This document shows positions 13,804 to 29,494 of a DNA stretch of 64,000 bases, in pieces (position 1 is the first letter of the stretch; every line of letters begins with the position of its first letter). The notes below the pieces were generated by a model, which was given only the letters and a program-made list of their open reading frames with translations, searched no databases and was not told where the DNA came from. Origin of the DNA: Octopus vulgaris (Eukaryota); NCBI GenBank assembly GCA_951406725.2, contig OX597832.1, positions 61,504,001 through 61,568,000 on the forward strand. Reading direction: 5' to 3'. The position numbers and the translations under genes are program-made.

Positions 13804-14301
13804 CAATGTTTGTCAGGAAAGAGATCATTTAATAGACGCATTGTTTTAAAAACTCAATATCATTCAGAGGTTGATGAAACCAAATCGCCGCAAAGGCGAC
13901 CGCTTTAAAATGAAAAATAAGAACCCTTTAAAATGGAAGGTAAGAAAGTTCATTTTCAGCACTTGATGCTTTGGGAATCAGACAAAAATTGCTGCAGCTC
14001 GGCTGGAATGTGTTACCCCACCCTCTATATTCACCAGCTATTGCTCCTTCGATTTCCATTTATTCAGGTCTCTACAGAATAGTCTTAATGGAAAAAATTT
14101 CAATTCCTTGGACGATGTAAAAAGATACCTTGATGAATTCTTTGCCATGAAACCACCTCAATTCTGGGAAAAGGGTAGTTTCAAGTTAAAAGAAAGGAGA
14201 CGCATTGTGCAAGAAAATGGTTCATATTTGGTTGATTAAAAATATAATGGCAAATAATTATTGACCTTTGAAAATCGGCACGGACTTTCTGGACAACACA
14301 A
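13804..14301 (+). mobile_element. Internally deleted mariner element
   Basis: N-terminus MEGKKVHFQHLML (ATG 13933) joined to C-terminus LLQLGWNVLPHPLYSPAIAP/FHLFRSLQNSLNGKNF...ENGSYLVD*; right TIR aaatcggcacggactttctggacaacacaa-TA. Confidence 0.85.
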
Positions 14302-14459
14302 TATGTATCTTCTGCATTTAATGATTTAATTTCCTCCCCTGGAGAAGGAGCTAGTTTCTAACAAAGATACAAAGCTCCATCTTTGGAATGTATATAACGA
14401 AAACAATGTCTTATTTTCAATGTGAGGAAAGTCTTGTATATTTTCACTGTTCCACTTAC

Positions 14460-14752
14460 AGATTGTATTTGCAATGCGAGAATCCTGCCAGAATAACCTA
14501 AGAGGTCTGCAAGGTGGAGATGTGGAGACATTTAAAGAAAGGCACCCAGATAAATTTCAATTTGAAATCCCAGATGAGCCCCCAACAAGGCAGTGAGTGC
14601 AAAAAAGCAGCTCCATGCAACTCTCTTCTTCACACAAAAAAAAAAAACAGTACCGACAGGAGGATTCCCAAAACACAGAAAGGGGGTGCTCCAGCATGAT
14701 ACCAGCCTCTAACTGAAACCAGTAAAAGAGTAAAAGTATAAAAGAAAAATAA
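14460..14752 (+). mobile_element. CR1-group LINE 3' terminal fragment with 3' tail
   Basis: Frameshifted ILPE*/LRGLQGGDVETFK/DKFQFEIPDEPPTRQ/AAPCNSLLH matches the CR1-like ORF2 C-terminus; followed by GGTGCTCCAGCATG...ACTGAAACCAGTAAAAGA. Confidence 0.65.
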
Positions 14753-14783
14753 GAATACACACAGACAGACACAGACACAGCCA

Positions 14784-14818
<35 letters not shown>

Positions 14819-14820
<2 letters not shown>

Positions 14821-15000
14821 TATTTAAATGCAGCAGAAATATCCCAAAAACTGTTACTCGGAGTTTCACATTCCGATGAACGGGAACGTGAACCAGTTTT
14901 TGTTATATTTCTGCTGCTTTTAAATAAATCATATTACTCTACCTCTGGTATTTGAGTACTCTTTTTCTTCCACCTTGTTTCACATTTATGTGCTTACTTC

Positions 15001-15002
<2 letters not shown>
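14819..15002. mobile_element. Inverted pLTR-like structure with a split hammerhead-like motif (family H2)
   Basis: 35-bp inverted arms 14819-14853 and 14894-14928; + strand CCGATGA-ACG-GGAA-CGT-GAA, - strand GAAA-CTCCGAG-TA-ACAG. Confidence 0.55.
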
Positions 15003-15047
<45 letters not shown>

Positions 15048-16299
15048 TATATACGTACAAATATACATACTTATATATACATAAATATACATGTATCTAT
15101 ATATATGTATAATTTATGTATATATACGTATATATGTGTATACATATATATATGTGGGGGTTGCATGTGTTTCCGTCTATTTCTCTATTTCTATCTATCT
15201 GTCTATCTACCTATCAGTTTATCTGTCTGTTTGTCTCTATGTATGTATTCAACAGGTATGCACACATCCGTGAAAATCCTTAGTTTCAAACTCTGTTTAT
15301 CCTTATTATATTATATTATATTATATTGTATTATATTATATTATATTATATTATATCACATTATGCACGTTATCGTTTAGTTTTTCCTTTAATCTAAATG
15401 TTGCTTTGTATTATTGTCTTATTCTATCCATTTTATTATTGTTTTTTTTTTGTATTGTTGTTTGAAGTTACAAACATTTCTCTACGCTAAAATTCAGAAA
15501 AATTATTATTCATTGAAATGTTAAAAACCAAAAATATCGACAATATTTAAATTCCTTTAAGTGTTATTCTCCCTTCTTCATTCTTTCGTAAAAATAATTT
15601 TTATTTCGTTTTGCTGTTCGTTCATATTTATTCCATCGCGAAAGCTTAGTACCGTGAAGGGAGTTTTCTTCATTCGTTCGATTGTTCCGCTTCTCACATC
15701 TACTCACCATCCCCACCATCCCCACCATCTTCTATTCTCGTTTTTGTTGTTGTTATTTGTACCCACCACCACCACCATCACCACCATCACCATCACTTTT
15801 CTTTCATCCTTTTGTTTAAAAATAGAACGTCACATACGCTTGTTGTTTGTTTTTATTTTCGTGCAGTTTCTTTTTAGAGTTTATCCTTGAATATCTTCAG
15901 CGCGTTCGTTCATTTATACTTCTATTCCAGCCTTCAATTTTCGCTGATACTTTCATTTCGTTTCTATTATTCTCAAGAACAAACATTATAGTTCCCTAAA
16001 CAACCAACCGAAAGAATAAACAGATACAATCCGGCTAAATAACAAATTTAAAAAAAGGAAATGACGAATACGATGGCAATGACCTGTCGTCTTTGCTTGT
16101 CATTCTTTCCTTCTTATATTATACTTCTTTCATGTGCTTGTGTGTGTGTGTGTAGATATAACATGCATACATACATACATACATATATATATACACACAC
16201 ATATGCACACGCGCACACACACACACATATATATATATGAAATTTTTTCAGCATTACCTGACTCCCTTGGGTTATACTGACACCATAACCTCTCATAAA

Positions 16300-16375
<76 letters not shown>

Positions 16376-16411
16376 GTATATTTGGGTTCCTGGACGAGCA
16401 TAAATTTTTTA

Positions 16412-16826
16412 TAGGCGCAGGGGTGGCTGTGAGGTAAGAAAGTTGCGTCACGACTACAGGATTCCAGGTTCAATCCCACTGCCTGGCAGTTGGACATGTG
16501 TCTTCTACTATAGCCTCGGACTAGCCTAAGCGTTGTAAGTTGATTTGGTAGACGGAAACCGAAAGAAGCCAGTCGTATATATATATATGTATGTGTGTGT
16601 ATGTGTGTGTGTGTGTGTATGCATGTGTCTATTTGTGTGTCTTCTTGTGTCTCCCACCACCACTTGACACCACTCCACGTAACTTAGCGGCTCGGCAGTA
16701 GGAACCGATAGAATAAGTAGCAGGGTTCAAAATATAAGTCCTGATGTCGATGTACTCGACTAAAAAGAGCCTTCAAAGCAGTGCCTCAAGATGGCCAGCG
16801 TCAAATGACTGAAACACGCAAAAGAT
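16412..16826 (+). mobile_element. SINE family B
   Basis: Head AGGCGCAGGGGTGGCTGTGAGGTAAG (A-box-like), GGTTCAATCCC (B box), internal (AT)/(GT) repeat, family B tail. Confidence 0.88.
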
Positions 16827-16934
16827 AATGTACATACATACATACATATATACATACATACATACATACATGCATACATACATACATACATACTTACATG
16901 CATGCATACATAAATATATATATATATATATATG

Positions 16935-17252
16935 TAAAAAAATACAACCTGGGACAAGAACGCAAAACATTTAGAAGCCGATACAAAAAACACGGACGGG
17001 ACATTTGAAGCCTTCAATCTTCAGTCAAGAACCAGATCATCCTCGCAATTTCGGCTGATTAATCTTGAGATTGATCCGATCTGGCCAGCCTCAAGGAAAA
17101 TCTAAGCTAAGCGCATTAGATTCCTTGGAAGAAAGCCTCAAATGTATACAAAACAAAGACAGAAAACGGACGATGTTACACGAATATGAATACAAAAATA
17201 CGTCAAAACAATAATGATAACAATAACGAAAACAGGACGTCACAATCAGGCG
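16935..17252 (-). repeat. Interspersed repeat related to 45365-45502 and 19760-19825, possibly pLTR-like
   Basis: Shared tggga/gtacaa/ggaacg...gggacatt...cttca blocks; GAAA and CTGAAGA present in permuted order. Confidence 0.4.
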
Positions 17253-17302
17253 TATATATATATGTGTGTGTATATATATGTGTATATATAAATGTGTATG
17301 TA

Positions 17303-17377
<75 letters not shown>

Positions 17378-17644
17378 ATATATATATATGCATGGAGTTA
17401 AACGCAGGGGTTATTCGAATTCTTTTATTTCCGATACATGTTTCGAAAAAAATGTTGGTATTATTTCAAAGGAAGAAAATGTTGAACCAGAATGCATTTA
17501 TTCATATATATTGTTCAAAATATTTCACATCAACCCGTAGTGTCTACCTTTACAAACAAGATGTTACGTCCTTATTACTTGTGTGATCTTTTGGTGCCCT
17601 GGTAACTGTTTATCTATTTTATATATATATTTATCTGTTTATCC

Positions 17645-17691
<47 letters not shown>

Positions 17692-17693
<2 letters not shown>

Positions 17694-17912
17694 CGGGAAG
17701 CTTTATGAAAATAAACAAAAGACGAAGGCAGGTAGAGTACAAACAAACAATTGTATTAGTATGACGCTCAGGAATATAAATAAAACAAGTCTTTTACGTT
17801 TCGAGCCTACGCTCTTCAACAGAAAGATACATAGAAAAGAAACACGGAGAGAAACAAGGAGAGAAACAAGGAGAGAAAAAAAATGCGTGCCCAAGCTAGC
17901 GATTCAACATGA
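17692..17912 (-). mobile_element. Hammerhead-bearing short repeat, family H1
   Basis: Homologous to 13545-13725; contains the motif at 17790-17827. Confidence 0.65.
17790..17827 (-). ncRNA. Minimal type-I hammerhead-like ribozyme with A6U core variant
   Basis: UCUUU-CUGUUGA-A-GAGC-GUAG-GCUC-GAAA-CG-UA-AAAGA: perfect 5-bp stem I, 4-bp stem II, palindromic ACGU stem III, GUA site. Confidence 0.6.
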
Positions 17913-18019
17913 CAGAAGTAAATAGACAACCTTATAATCATTTGAATCTGAAATTATACATTTAAATTATTTATTAATTATTATAATGTGAATATTTAAT
18001 AGTTTTCAATGCAGAACGC

Positions 18020-18935
18020 TATTAGGTATGTAACTGATCAGATAACGAATATTCTCTTGCAGAATTTCTTGCCAAGTTTCATGCATTAATCTCAAAACAT
18101 CTGGCTTTAAAGATGCTTTCTTGTTCTTTTTATGAAGTATTCTGTCCATTATATTTCAGACGTTTTCAATAGGGTTCACATCTGTTGACTGGGTTGCCCA
18201 TGGAAGCTTTTTAATGCCATTCCCATCTAACATAAATAATGAGTCTTCTTTAATCATTTCAACACTGGAGAAGATTGGAAGGAATCCCTTCTGCAATATG
18301 GACACATATTTATCTGAGTTTATGTTTCCCTCACACTCCACTAGCTTTGATCGACCTTTGCTCCAAATTACTCCCTAGACCACCACAGAATTGCTGCTGT
18401 GTCTCATTATTGGTTGCAATCTTTTCACATCAAATTTTTGATCAGAGTCTCCAGACCCACACGCGAGCACTGTCAGAAAATTTGGACATATCAGAGAATA
18501 TGAGAGCGTCCCAAAATGCGAGTGGTCTTTCCACCATCTCACTGGTCTAATCTTTTCACCACTTGATATTGGCTGGTCGAAGAAGTGGCTGCCTTCTTAC
18601 TGATATGCCATAGTAGCCAAGTTTGTGGAGATACTTTGCAGCTGTTCTGGGACTGACACTAACTTATTCTGCTATGTCAGAGCCCTTACAACACGGATTA
18701 TCCTCCGCACTTCACTTAACAAAGCGAAGGGTCTTATCAGAGGACCCTGGTCGATTTAAGTGAGATGATGCATATTCCTTCCCCTCTCTGATGAATTGCA
18801 CAATCTATTACCTGTAAAAAGCAGTACCCGAAAGTTTTCTGCGATTTTACGCTGACTATGTCCATCTTCAGAATAATTCACAATACGGCTTCTTTGAAAT
18901 TCAGACAGTTCCAAGTCTGCGTTTGTACATGGCAT
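18020..18935 (-). pseudogene. Tc1-like transposase pseudogene
   Basis: N-terminus MPCTNADLELSEFQRSRIV...GHSQRKIA; DDE region ECEGNINSDKYVSIL...LPWATQSTDVNPIENV; many frameshifts. Confidence 0.85.
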
Positions 18936-19324
18936 GATTAAAAAGTCACATATAGAACCTGAAACGTAAAAATGTCAAATAATAAAAAAACAATATTGAC
19001 TATCCTTAGTGTAAATAAAAAAAAAAGAAGGGATAAGAATAGAGTACTGAAGTAGATAAAGTAAATATAAAAATATATATCGTCGAAATATATAATTTTT
19101 CTATATTTCTATATACATGGGAAAGGTTGCGAAACGGCAGTAATCCTAAGGATGTCATGTGGTTAAATAAATATGCATTCAGCTCTCATACCTCGATTCT
19201 CTTACACATGCACGAGCATACGCACACACACACTCACAGACACATACACACATATTCTATTTTGGTCGAGGCAATCCCTTATCAAGCAGAGACTCATCTG
19301 TGGGTGTAAACAATTTGGGTCCAG

Positions 19325-19366
19325 TTATGCCTGAAGAGCCGGTGTGCCTACAGGTGAAACGCAGAG
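19325..19366 (+). ncRNA. Degenerate hammerhead-like motif lacking stem III/NUH
   Basis: TGC-CTGAAGA-GCCGGTGTGCCTACAGGT-GAAAC-GCA. Confidence 0.3.
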
Positions 19367-19840
19367 AATAAAGTGACTGACTTGACCAAAACTGAAAATA
19401 TTACTTGACCTAAACTTGCAACAGGTTGTAATGTTATACATGCTGCCAGTGGCACTAGAAATGAAGCTCACATGCACATACTTCCTGGCACACATACATA
19501 CATACATACATACATACATACATACATACATACGTACATACGTACATACATACATACATACAAACATACATACATACATACATACATACATACATACATA
19601 CATACATACATAACCAGAAAAGAGTTGACTCGAAGGCTACAGACCCAATCCATCATTGGAACTGTAAAAATCTGTTAAAATGTCAAGAAGTTTATCATTT
19701 AAGTATATATGAGCATGTCTGGATATGCAAGTATATGCATGAGAAAATATACATATCATCTGTCTGGATGCTTTGTTGTCGTCTGTTGCGTTCTTGTCCC
19801 ATTTTTGTATTCTGTTTTTTTATACATATACTTTGGTCTC

Positions 19841-19880
<40 letters not shown>

Positions 19881-20219
19881 CAGTTGATCAAACAGCTAAG
19901 AACGCACGTATTTAACGAAGTAGACGCCATATTGATTTCAATTTAACTCATTAATAACCTTATTTTCGCTCTTCCTTCTTTCTCGCTCTCTCTCACTCTA
20001 TGTCTCTTCGTGCCAAAAATATGTAATAAAATGTAAATTTTAATATCTATAAGTACATGTTAACTAATCTATTAATGTAATCTATAATCTATAAAACATA
20101 ATAACACTGTTTATGCTTTTAAAGCAAAAATCAATATTTTAAGAGAGAAATATAGACAATAAAACCCGAATACCTCAAAAATTATAATGAAATAAATATC
20201 TTTTTATAAATCTTTTTTT

Positions 20220-20450
20220 TTTTCTGTTCACGTGTCTCACCCATTAGGCTGCGGCCATAATGGGGCACTTCCTTGCAGAATTTTATTCGAATAAATCGAG
20301 CCCAATAGCTACATTTTCAGAGTCTGAAACTAATTGTATTGCTTTTTGGTCGAACCGCTAAGTTACGGAATCGTAAGTACACCAATATCGGCTGTGAAGC
20401 GGAGTGGGAGCACAAAAGCAGATGCAGACACATACTTACGCACAAACAAA

Positions 20451-20499
<49 letters not shown>

Positions 20500-21520
20500 C
20501 GCGGTGATATAGAGGATCTTCGTCGATGCCTCCACCAAATTTGGAGATGGTCTAACGACCTGTGTCTGAACGTGTCAAAGTGCTGTCATCTGCATGTTGG
20601 CTCTCCTCCTGCAACTCAACTTGATTTCGAGCCGGGTCGTCTGCTGCTGGAGAGGACCGATCAGGTAAAGGACCTGGGTATCTTGGTGGATTCCTTCTTT
20701 TCGCCTTCGGCCCAGTGCGTCCATGCTGCCAACAAAGCACGCGGAATTCTGTTCTTGATTCGACGGTCATTCGGAATGCTCACAGCAGCCATATTCATAC
20801 CGCTCTATGTCACGCTGGTGAGACCCATATTGGAGTACGGGATTCAAGCCTCTTCTTCTTATCTCCTCAAAGACATACAGCATCTCGAAAGAGTCCAGAA
20901 GCTGGCTACCCGCATGGTTCTTGGTCTCAAGCATTTGTCTTATGAAGAAAGGCTGAAGACACTCGACCTTTATTCTCTAGAAAAACGACGACGCCGTGGA
21001 GATCTCATTCTTGCTCACAACATCATAAGCGGAAAGTGTAACCTCTCGAAAGAGCTGTTCTTCACTCCTGCTCCAGAGCGTCGGCTGCGGGGTCATTCCG
21101 AAAAGCTCTATCTGCGACGATTTCATCTCAATCGAAGGAGAGGGGCTTTCTCCGTCCGGGTTGCGGATCCGTGGAATAAGCTGCCAGACGAGATGGTGAA
21201 GATGCCGACGATCGCTTTGTTCAAAGCCTCCCTTGACCTCAAGTGGCCTGAACTCTTTACATGAACACCACCCTGTACATAACTCCATGTCCCCCCACAT
21301 GGCCTTGCTTTTTGCTTTTTGAGCCAAAAAATTAACTAACTAACTAACTAACACACACACACACATATACGTATATACGACGGGCTTCTTTCAGTTTCCG
21401 TCTACCAAATCCACCCAGAAGATATTTATACACCCGATGCTTTTGCCCAAAGAGCCAAGCCGTGGCACTGAACCCGAAAGGAAGTAATTGGGAAGCTAAC
21501 TTATTAACACAGAGGCAGGA
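20220..21520 (-). mobile_element. SINE family B copy interrupted by a CR1-like LINE in its internal (CA)n
   Basis: Tail half at 20220-20499 and head half at 21351-21520 (cgacgggcttctttcagtttccgtctaccaaatcc). Confidence 0.75.
20500..21350 (+). mobile_element. 5'-truncated CR1-group LINE: open ORF2 C-terminus (20500-21264), 3' UTR and (CTAA)n tail
   Basis: LNVSKCCHLHVG, VKDLGILVD, LYVTLVRPILEYG, LERVQKLATRMV, LSYEERLKTLDLYSLEKRRRRGDLI, FSVRVADPWNKLP; about 254 codons without a stop; acacacacacacacat on both flanks. Confidence 0.93.
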
Positions 21521-23147
21521 AATAATGCATAGAACAAAACAGAAAGCAGAAACAATCGTTTTGTTGTTTTGGTCGAAGGCTCTTGATCCGGCAAAAGTCC
21601 GGATTAAAGACATTCCAACCCCTGCATCCACCCACCTCTACTTTATTTTTGTCAGTATGCATGTTATCCTTCAATTTTAGGAATTAGCAGAGATGAATGT
21701 TTCGCTGCTATTTCTTGCAAGTAGAGCAACTATAGAAACACCCATGTGTAACCGTGGGGTGGTGAGTGTTGCTGTTAGTGTTTTTGTTGCATTTGTGGCT
21801 CCGGTCGTTTAACCCCGGGCCATAAACCTTACTGTCCTGGCCATTGTTGTTGGTCTTGATTTTGACGTTGAGGTTTATTTTTGTTATTTTGCTTCAGAGC
21901 GATCCGAATGAAAATCCATTTTATCGAAGACATTCCAGCCATGCCCGTACATACCTAAACTTCATAGACTACAGCTCCTGACTATGGTCACCGCATAGTG
22001 TTAAATTAACGACGGAGATCGAAGCAATCCAGCGAAACTAGAAAAGAAGAAAAGAAGTGTTTGTATCCGTAAATACACATGTTTACGTATTTGTGTATGT
22101 GTGTTTGTGTTTGTGTGTGTGTGTGTAAATATTGTTTTTATAAGTGTGAATATATGTCTGTGTGTTCATGTGTGCATGTGTAACTAATATAGTTAGGATG
22201 AATGGGATTTTGTGTGACAGGCATTCGCCAAGATCTCTGGAAAGTAAGACACATTCGAGGTGGTAATGCAGGCAGTGTAAGTCATCTGGTGTCATATGTC
22301 AGTCATCAGAAGTGGCCTCAATGATTTCTTACCAGAAAGCATTAAAATATGTATTTACAAGCCGACATTAGATCTGTCTTTTTGTTTAAATTTGAGTTAG
22401 ATTTGTGTAAAATGTTGCGTTTCTCTGAAATAGAAGGCTGACTTCAGGTCGACTGCTTTTAAATGACTTGGTATCTTTTACATAAAATAAGCTGTAGCGA
22501 TATACAGTATCATTTACGCAGAAACCCAAATAAATAATCGGAAGTTACAACACTTAAAACAAACAATGTAAATTTTAAAATCGCATCATAAGGGATTTTC
22601 ACTTTAGACGGTAAGACGATCATACATAAAACAAAAGCTGACACGAAATGAATTCTAACCTTTGGAACTATATTGTGTTTGTCATCATTCAGTTCAACGA
22701 TCTCGAAGACAAAATTGAAAACGGATTTATCCATTTCGAGGTCGTTGACCTCTGATAGTTCTTTCAATAAGGTCGAACCATTTCATAAAAGCCACTAAGT
22801 CGGCTAGAATATCACAGAAGGCGTCATCCAAATAATTAAGCATTCCAAGAGATGTTTGATTTTTCTTCGAGATAATTACTGGAATGAGAAAGATGAAATG
22901 GAAGATTTTTGAAATTATTCTGTTATAGTGAAATCCTGTGAGATGTCACCTTGATTCTTTTTAACGGAATTAGTGGGGATCAGCTTGTACGGCAAAGACG
23001 AACTCATTATATCGAATACAAAGAACGAGAGGATTCATTGTCAGCATTTACACAAAACAAGTCTAAGTGTAAAAGCAAACCAAATACAAAACATAAAACT
23101 ACAAAACAAATTCCAAAGGACAAACATGTGTAGTTAATAATAATATT

Positions 23148-23407
23148 AGGTTCACACCGATGCGTTCGATTTGTAGTTCATCCTCTCAGGATCGATAAAA
23201 TAATTACCATTCGAACACTGGGGTCAAAGTAATCGACTTACTCCCAATGGCGAAATTGCTGGCCTTGTGCCAAAATTGGAAACCAATAATCATATTATTC
23301 CATCGAGGTCGACTTTGCCTTTTCGTCCTTTCGGGGTCGATCAAACAAGTACCAGCTGAAAACTTGGGTCCACGAAATTAATAGCCTTGTGCTAAAATTT
23401 GAAACTA
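23148..23407 (+). mobile_element. Two tandem partial SINE family A copies
   Basis: Two core-plus-tail segments ending gccttgtgc...aaatt..gaaac. Confidence 0.7.
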
Positions 23408-23453
23408 ATATCAGGTTAACGCTCAAAGAAGGAAGAAAACTTACATAGTAAAA

Positions 23454-23488
23454 GTATAACGTTTCGTATATAGTACTTCGTCAGATAC
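23454..23488 (-). ncRNA. Minimal type-I hammerhead ribozyme motif (canonical core) in an H1-related repeat (about 23410-23570)
   Basis: GUAU-CUGACGA-A-GUA-CUAUA-UAC-GAAA-CG-UU-AUAC: stems I and II pair, palindromic ACGU stem III, GUU site. Confidence 0.65.
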
Positions 23489-23590
23489 GAAAAAAAGGTC
23501 CAGGACAGATAAGGAAGTGAAGAAGAAAAGAGAGAAAATTTCCGGGAATGAAACGCATGTGACTTAGATTCACATGTTTGGCCTCTACGT

Positions 23591-23626
<36 letters not shown>

Positions 23627-23933
23627 ATCAATGAATAGAGAAGTTGTACTTTTATCTGCATGAAAGTAAGAGATATTGACCTAGAAGATGTGTACAGAAT
23701 AACATTATAATTAAGAGGCTATTGACTGTGATTTGCGAAGTTTGGTCTTTCATGCCTTATTCATAAAGCCCTACCAATTTCAATAAGCCACGACCTTCGA
23801 ACCTTTGAAGTCAACATTAATAATATTATTAAAGTCACACACAAAAACAGAAACACACACACACTCACACACATACACATACTCACATGCTTATACATAA
23901 ATAATTTTATACTTGTATATATATACACTTGCG

Positions 23934-23970
<37 letters not shown>

Positions 23971-24090
23971 ATATATGTATGTATATGTATTTATTCATGT
24001 ATATAATAATACATGTATGTACATTGATATATGTATGGATATATCTATTTGTATGTGTAACAATATATATACATATATATATGCATATAC

Positions 24091-24123
<33 letters not shown>

Positions 24124-24178
24124 TATATATATATATATATAATATACATATACATACATACATACATACATACATACA

Positions 24179-24252
<74 letters not shown>

Positions 24253-24934
24253 TATCGATCGCACATATACAATGTGAGTTTTGTTTATTCGCCTAATTCG
24301 CATGTGTGTGCACGCGCGGATGTGTGTGTCCGTATGTATGCATATATGTATGTATGTATGTATGTATGTATATATACGTATGTATGTACATATGTATGTA
24401 TGCATGTATGTATATATGTATGTATGTATGCATGCATGCATTCATATATGTATGTACGTATATATGTATGCGTGTATGCATGTATGTATGTATGTATGTA
24501 TGTATGTATGTATGTATGTATGTATGTATGTGTGCGTGTGTGTATGTGCCGCTACTTACATGCTAGGTTAATCAGCGTAATTAAAGTGGGTGTGTGTAAC
24601 GGTGTTTGTTTGTGAAGAATTTCTACAACAGACTACAAATGCTTCACAAAAATATTCCATCAGTCTGCACCGAATCACCTGATGCACGAGCAATGCTTTT
24701 ATTCTTCTTTATTATTTTGTAGATCATAAAATTCACCATTGTTTTTGCTGCCGCTGTTCCTGTTACCGTTGTTGTTGTTGCTGTTGTTGTTGTTGTTGCT
24801 GTTATTGTTGTTGTTGTTGTCGTCGTCGTGGTTGTTGTTGCAGTTTAGAGTCTTTTCAAATTTTCGCCAGAGCAATTATCGTCTGAATTTTTTTATATAT
24901 TTCGGGGCTACTGAGTCTGTTTTTTAGAATGTCA

Positions 24935-28168
<3,234 letters not shown>

Positions 28169-28285
28169 AATAATAATAATAAGTATATATGCGTTTGTTT
28201 GTGTTTATTTAGAAAAATACATAGAAAATAGAATTACACACGCGCATTTACACACACGCGCACACACACACGCACACACACACAT

Positions 28286-28347
<62 letters not shown>

Positions 28348-28947
28348 AGGAACTTTTCAGCACCCCCTCGTATATATGTTTGTGTGCTTATAAGGGAAAG
28401 GGAGAGAGAGAGAGAGAGAGAGAGAATGTGAGCTAAGAAGAGTGAGGAGGAAGCAGACTGAGCGAGAGAGAATGAATGCTCTTCCATATGTGGTTACATA
28501 TTTTCGATAGGCACGGGTCTGTTTCTGTGGCCAAACCAGCGTAATTTGCATTGCGCAATCGACAAATGAATTCGTGAAACAGATCCTTAGATTAAGCTTA
28601 TTTATTGCTCCACATAATCGGAATATTATTGGATTAACAACAAATTTTCATATTTAAGATCTTCTGGGAAGATTGCATCATCGTTGGTTATTTCGTCAAT
28701 GGAATAATAAATAATAATATTCCGAATTATCGATTTCATCGGTATTATTAATTTTTTTGTTTTTTAGATTTTGATCGATCGAACCTGCCAACAGCTTTCG
28801 GAATCCTTACTCTTCTCTAGGTTGCATTTTTGATTCAGAAATTTTGACTCAGAGCGATTTCAAGATCTGAAGGGAGCCGTGCTTGTATGATTCAGAACGG
28901 TGAAGCCATCGTTAGGAATATGTATACTCAATATATTTTCAAGGGAA

Positions 28948-29294
28948 AAGGCGGTGAGCTGGCAGAATCGTTATTATGCCGCACAAAATGATTAGCAACA
29001 CTTCACCGGTCACTACGACGTTCTGAATTCAAATTCTGCCGGGGTCGACTTTGCCTTTCATCTTCTCGGGGGTTGATAAATTATGTAGCAGTTGAGTATC
29101 GGGGTCGATGTAATCGACGTAGCCCTTACCCTGAAATTGCTGTCCTTGCGCCAAAATTCGAAGCCGAGGAGTAAGTCGGCGAATGGCAGAATCATTAGCA
29201 CTTCGGAGAAAATGCTTAGATATATTTCGTCCGTCTTTACGTTTTGAGTTCAAATTCCGCCGAAGTTGATTTAGCCTTTCATCCTTTCGGGGTT
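28948..29294 (+). mobile_element. Two tandem SINE family A copies
   Basis: AAGGCGGTGAGCTGGCAGAATCGTT head at 28948; second head at about 29175 truncated after the core. Confidence 0.85.
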
Positions 29295-29494
29295 CCTCTT
29301 ATCACTGTTCTGAGACATCTAGATTACCAAAGCGTAGATTGGTATTATTATAGTAATCGATTTGTACTCAATGGCAAGTTACATATGCGATGAAAAATAA
29401 TCTAATCTTATGAGAAATACATTTTGATGAGCACCATTTAAACATTTCATTTCGATGTAAATATCTAGACGCGTATATGTGATATTTGCGCGCG

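Noticed and set aside
24699-24875. Asn-rich minus-strand frame (..NGNRNSGSKNNGEFYDLQ..) that looked like a low-complexity exon
   Set aside because: Bounded by stops after fewer than 60 codons, with no convincing splice sites
28755-28925. Possible exon after a polypyrimidine-AG acceptor
   Set aside because: No clear donor or recognisable peptide; cannot be supported without transcripts
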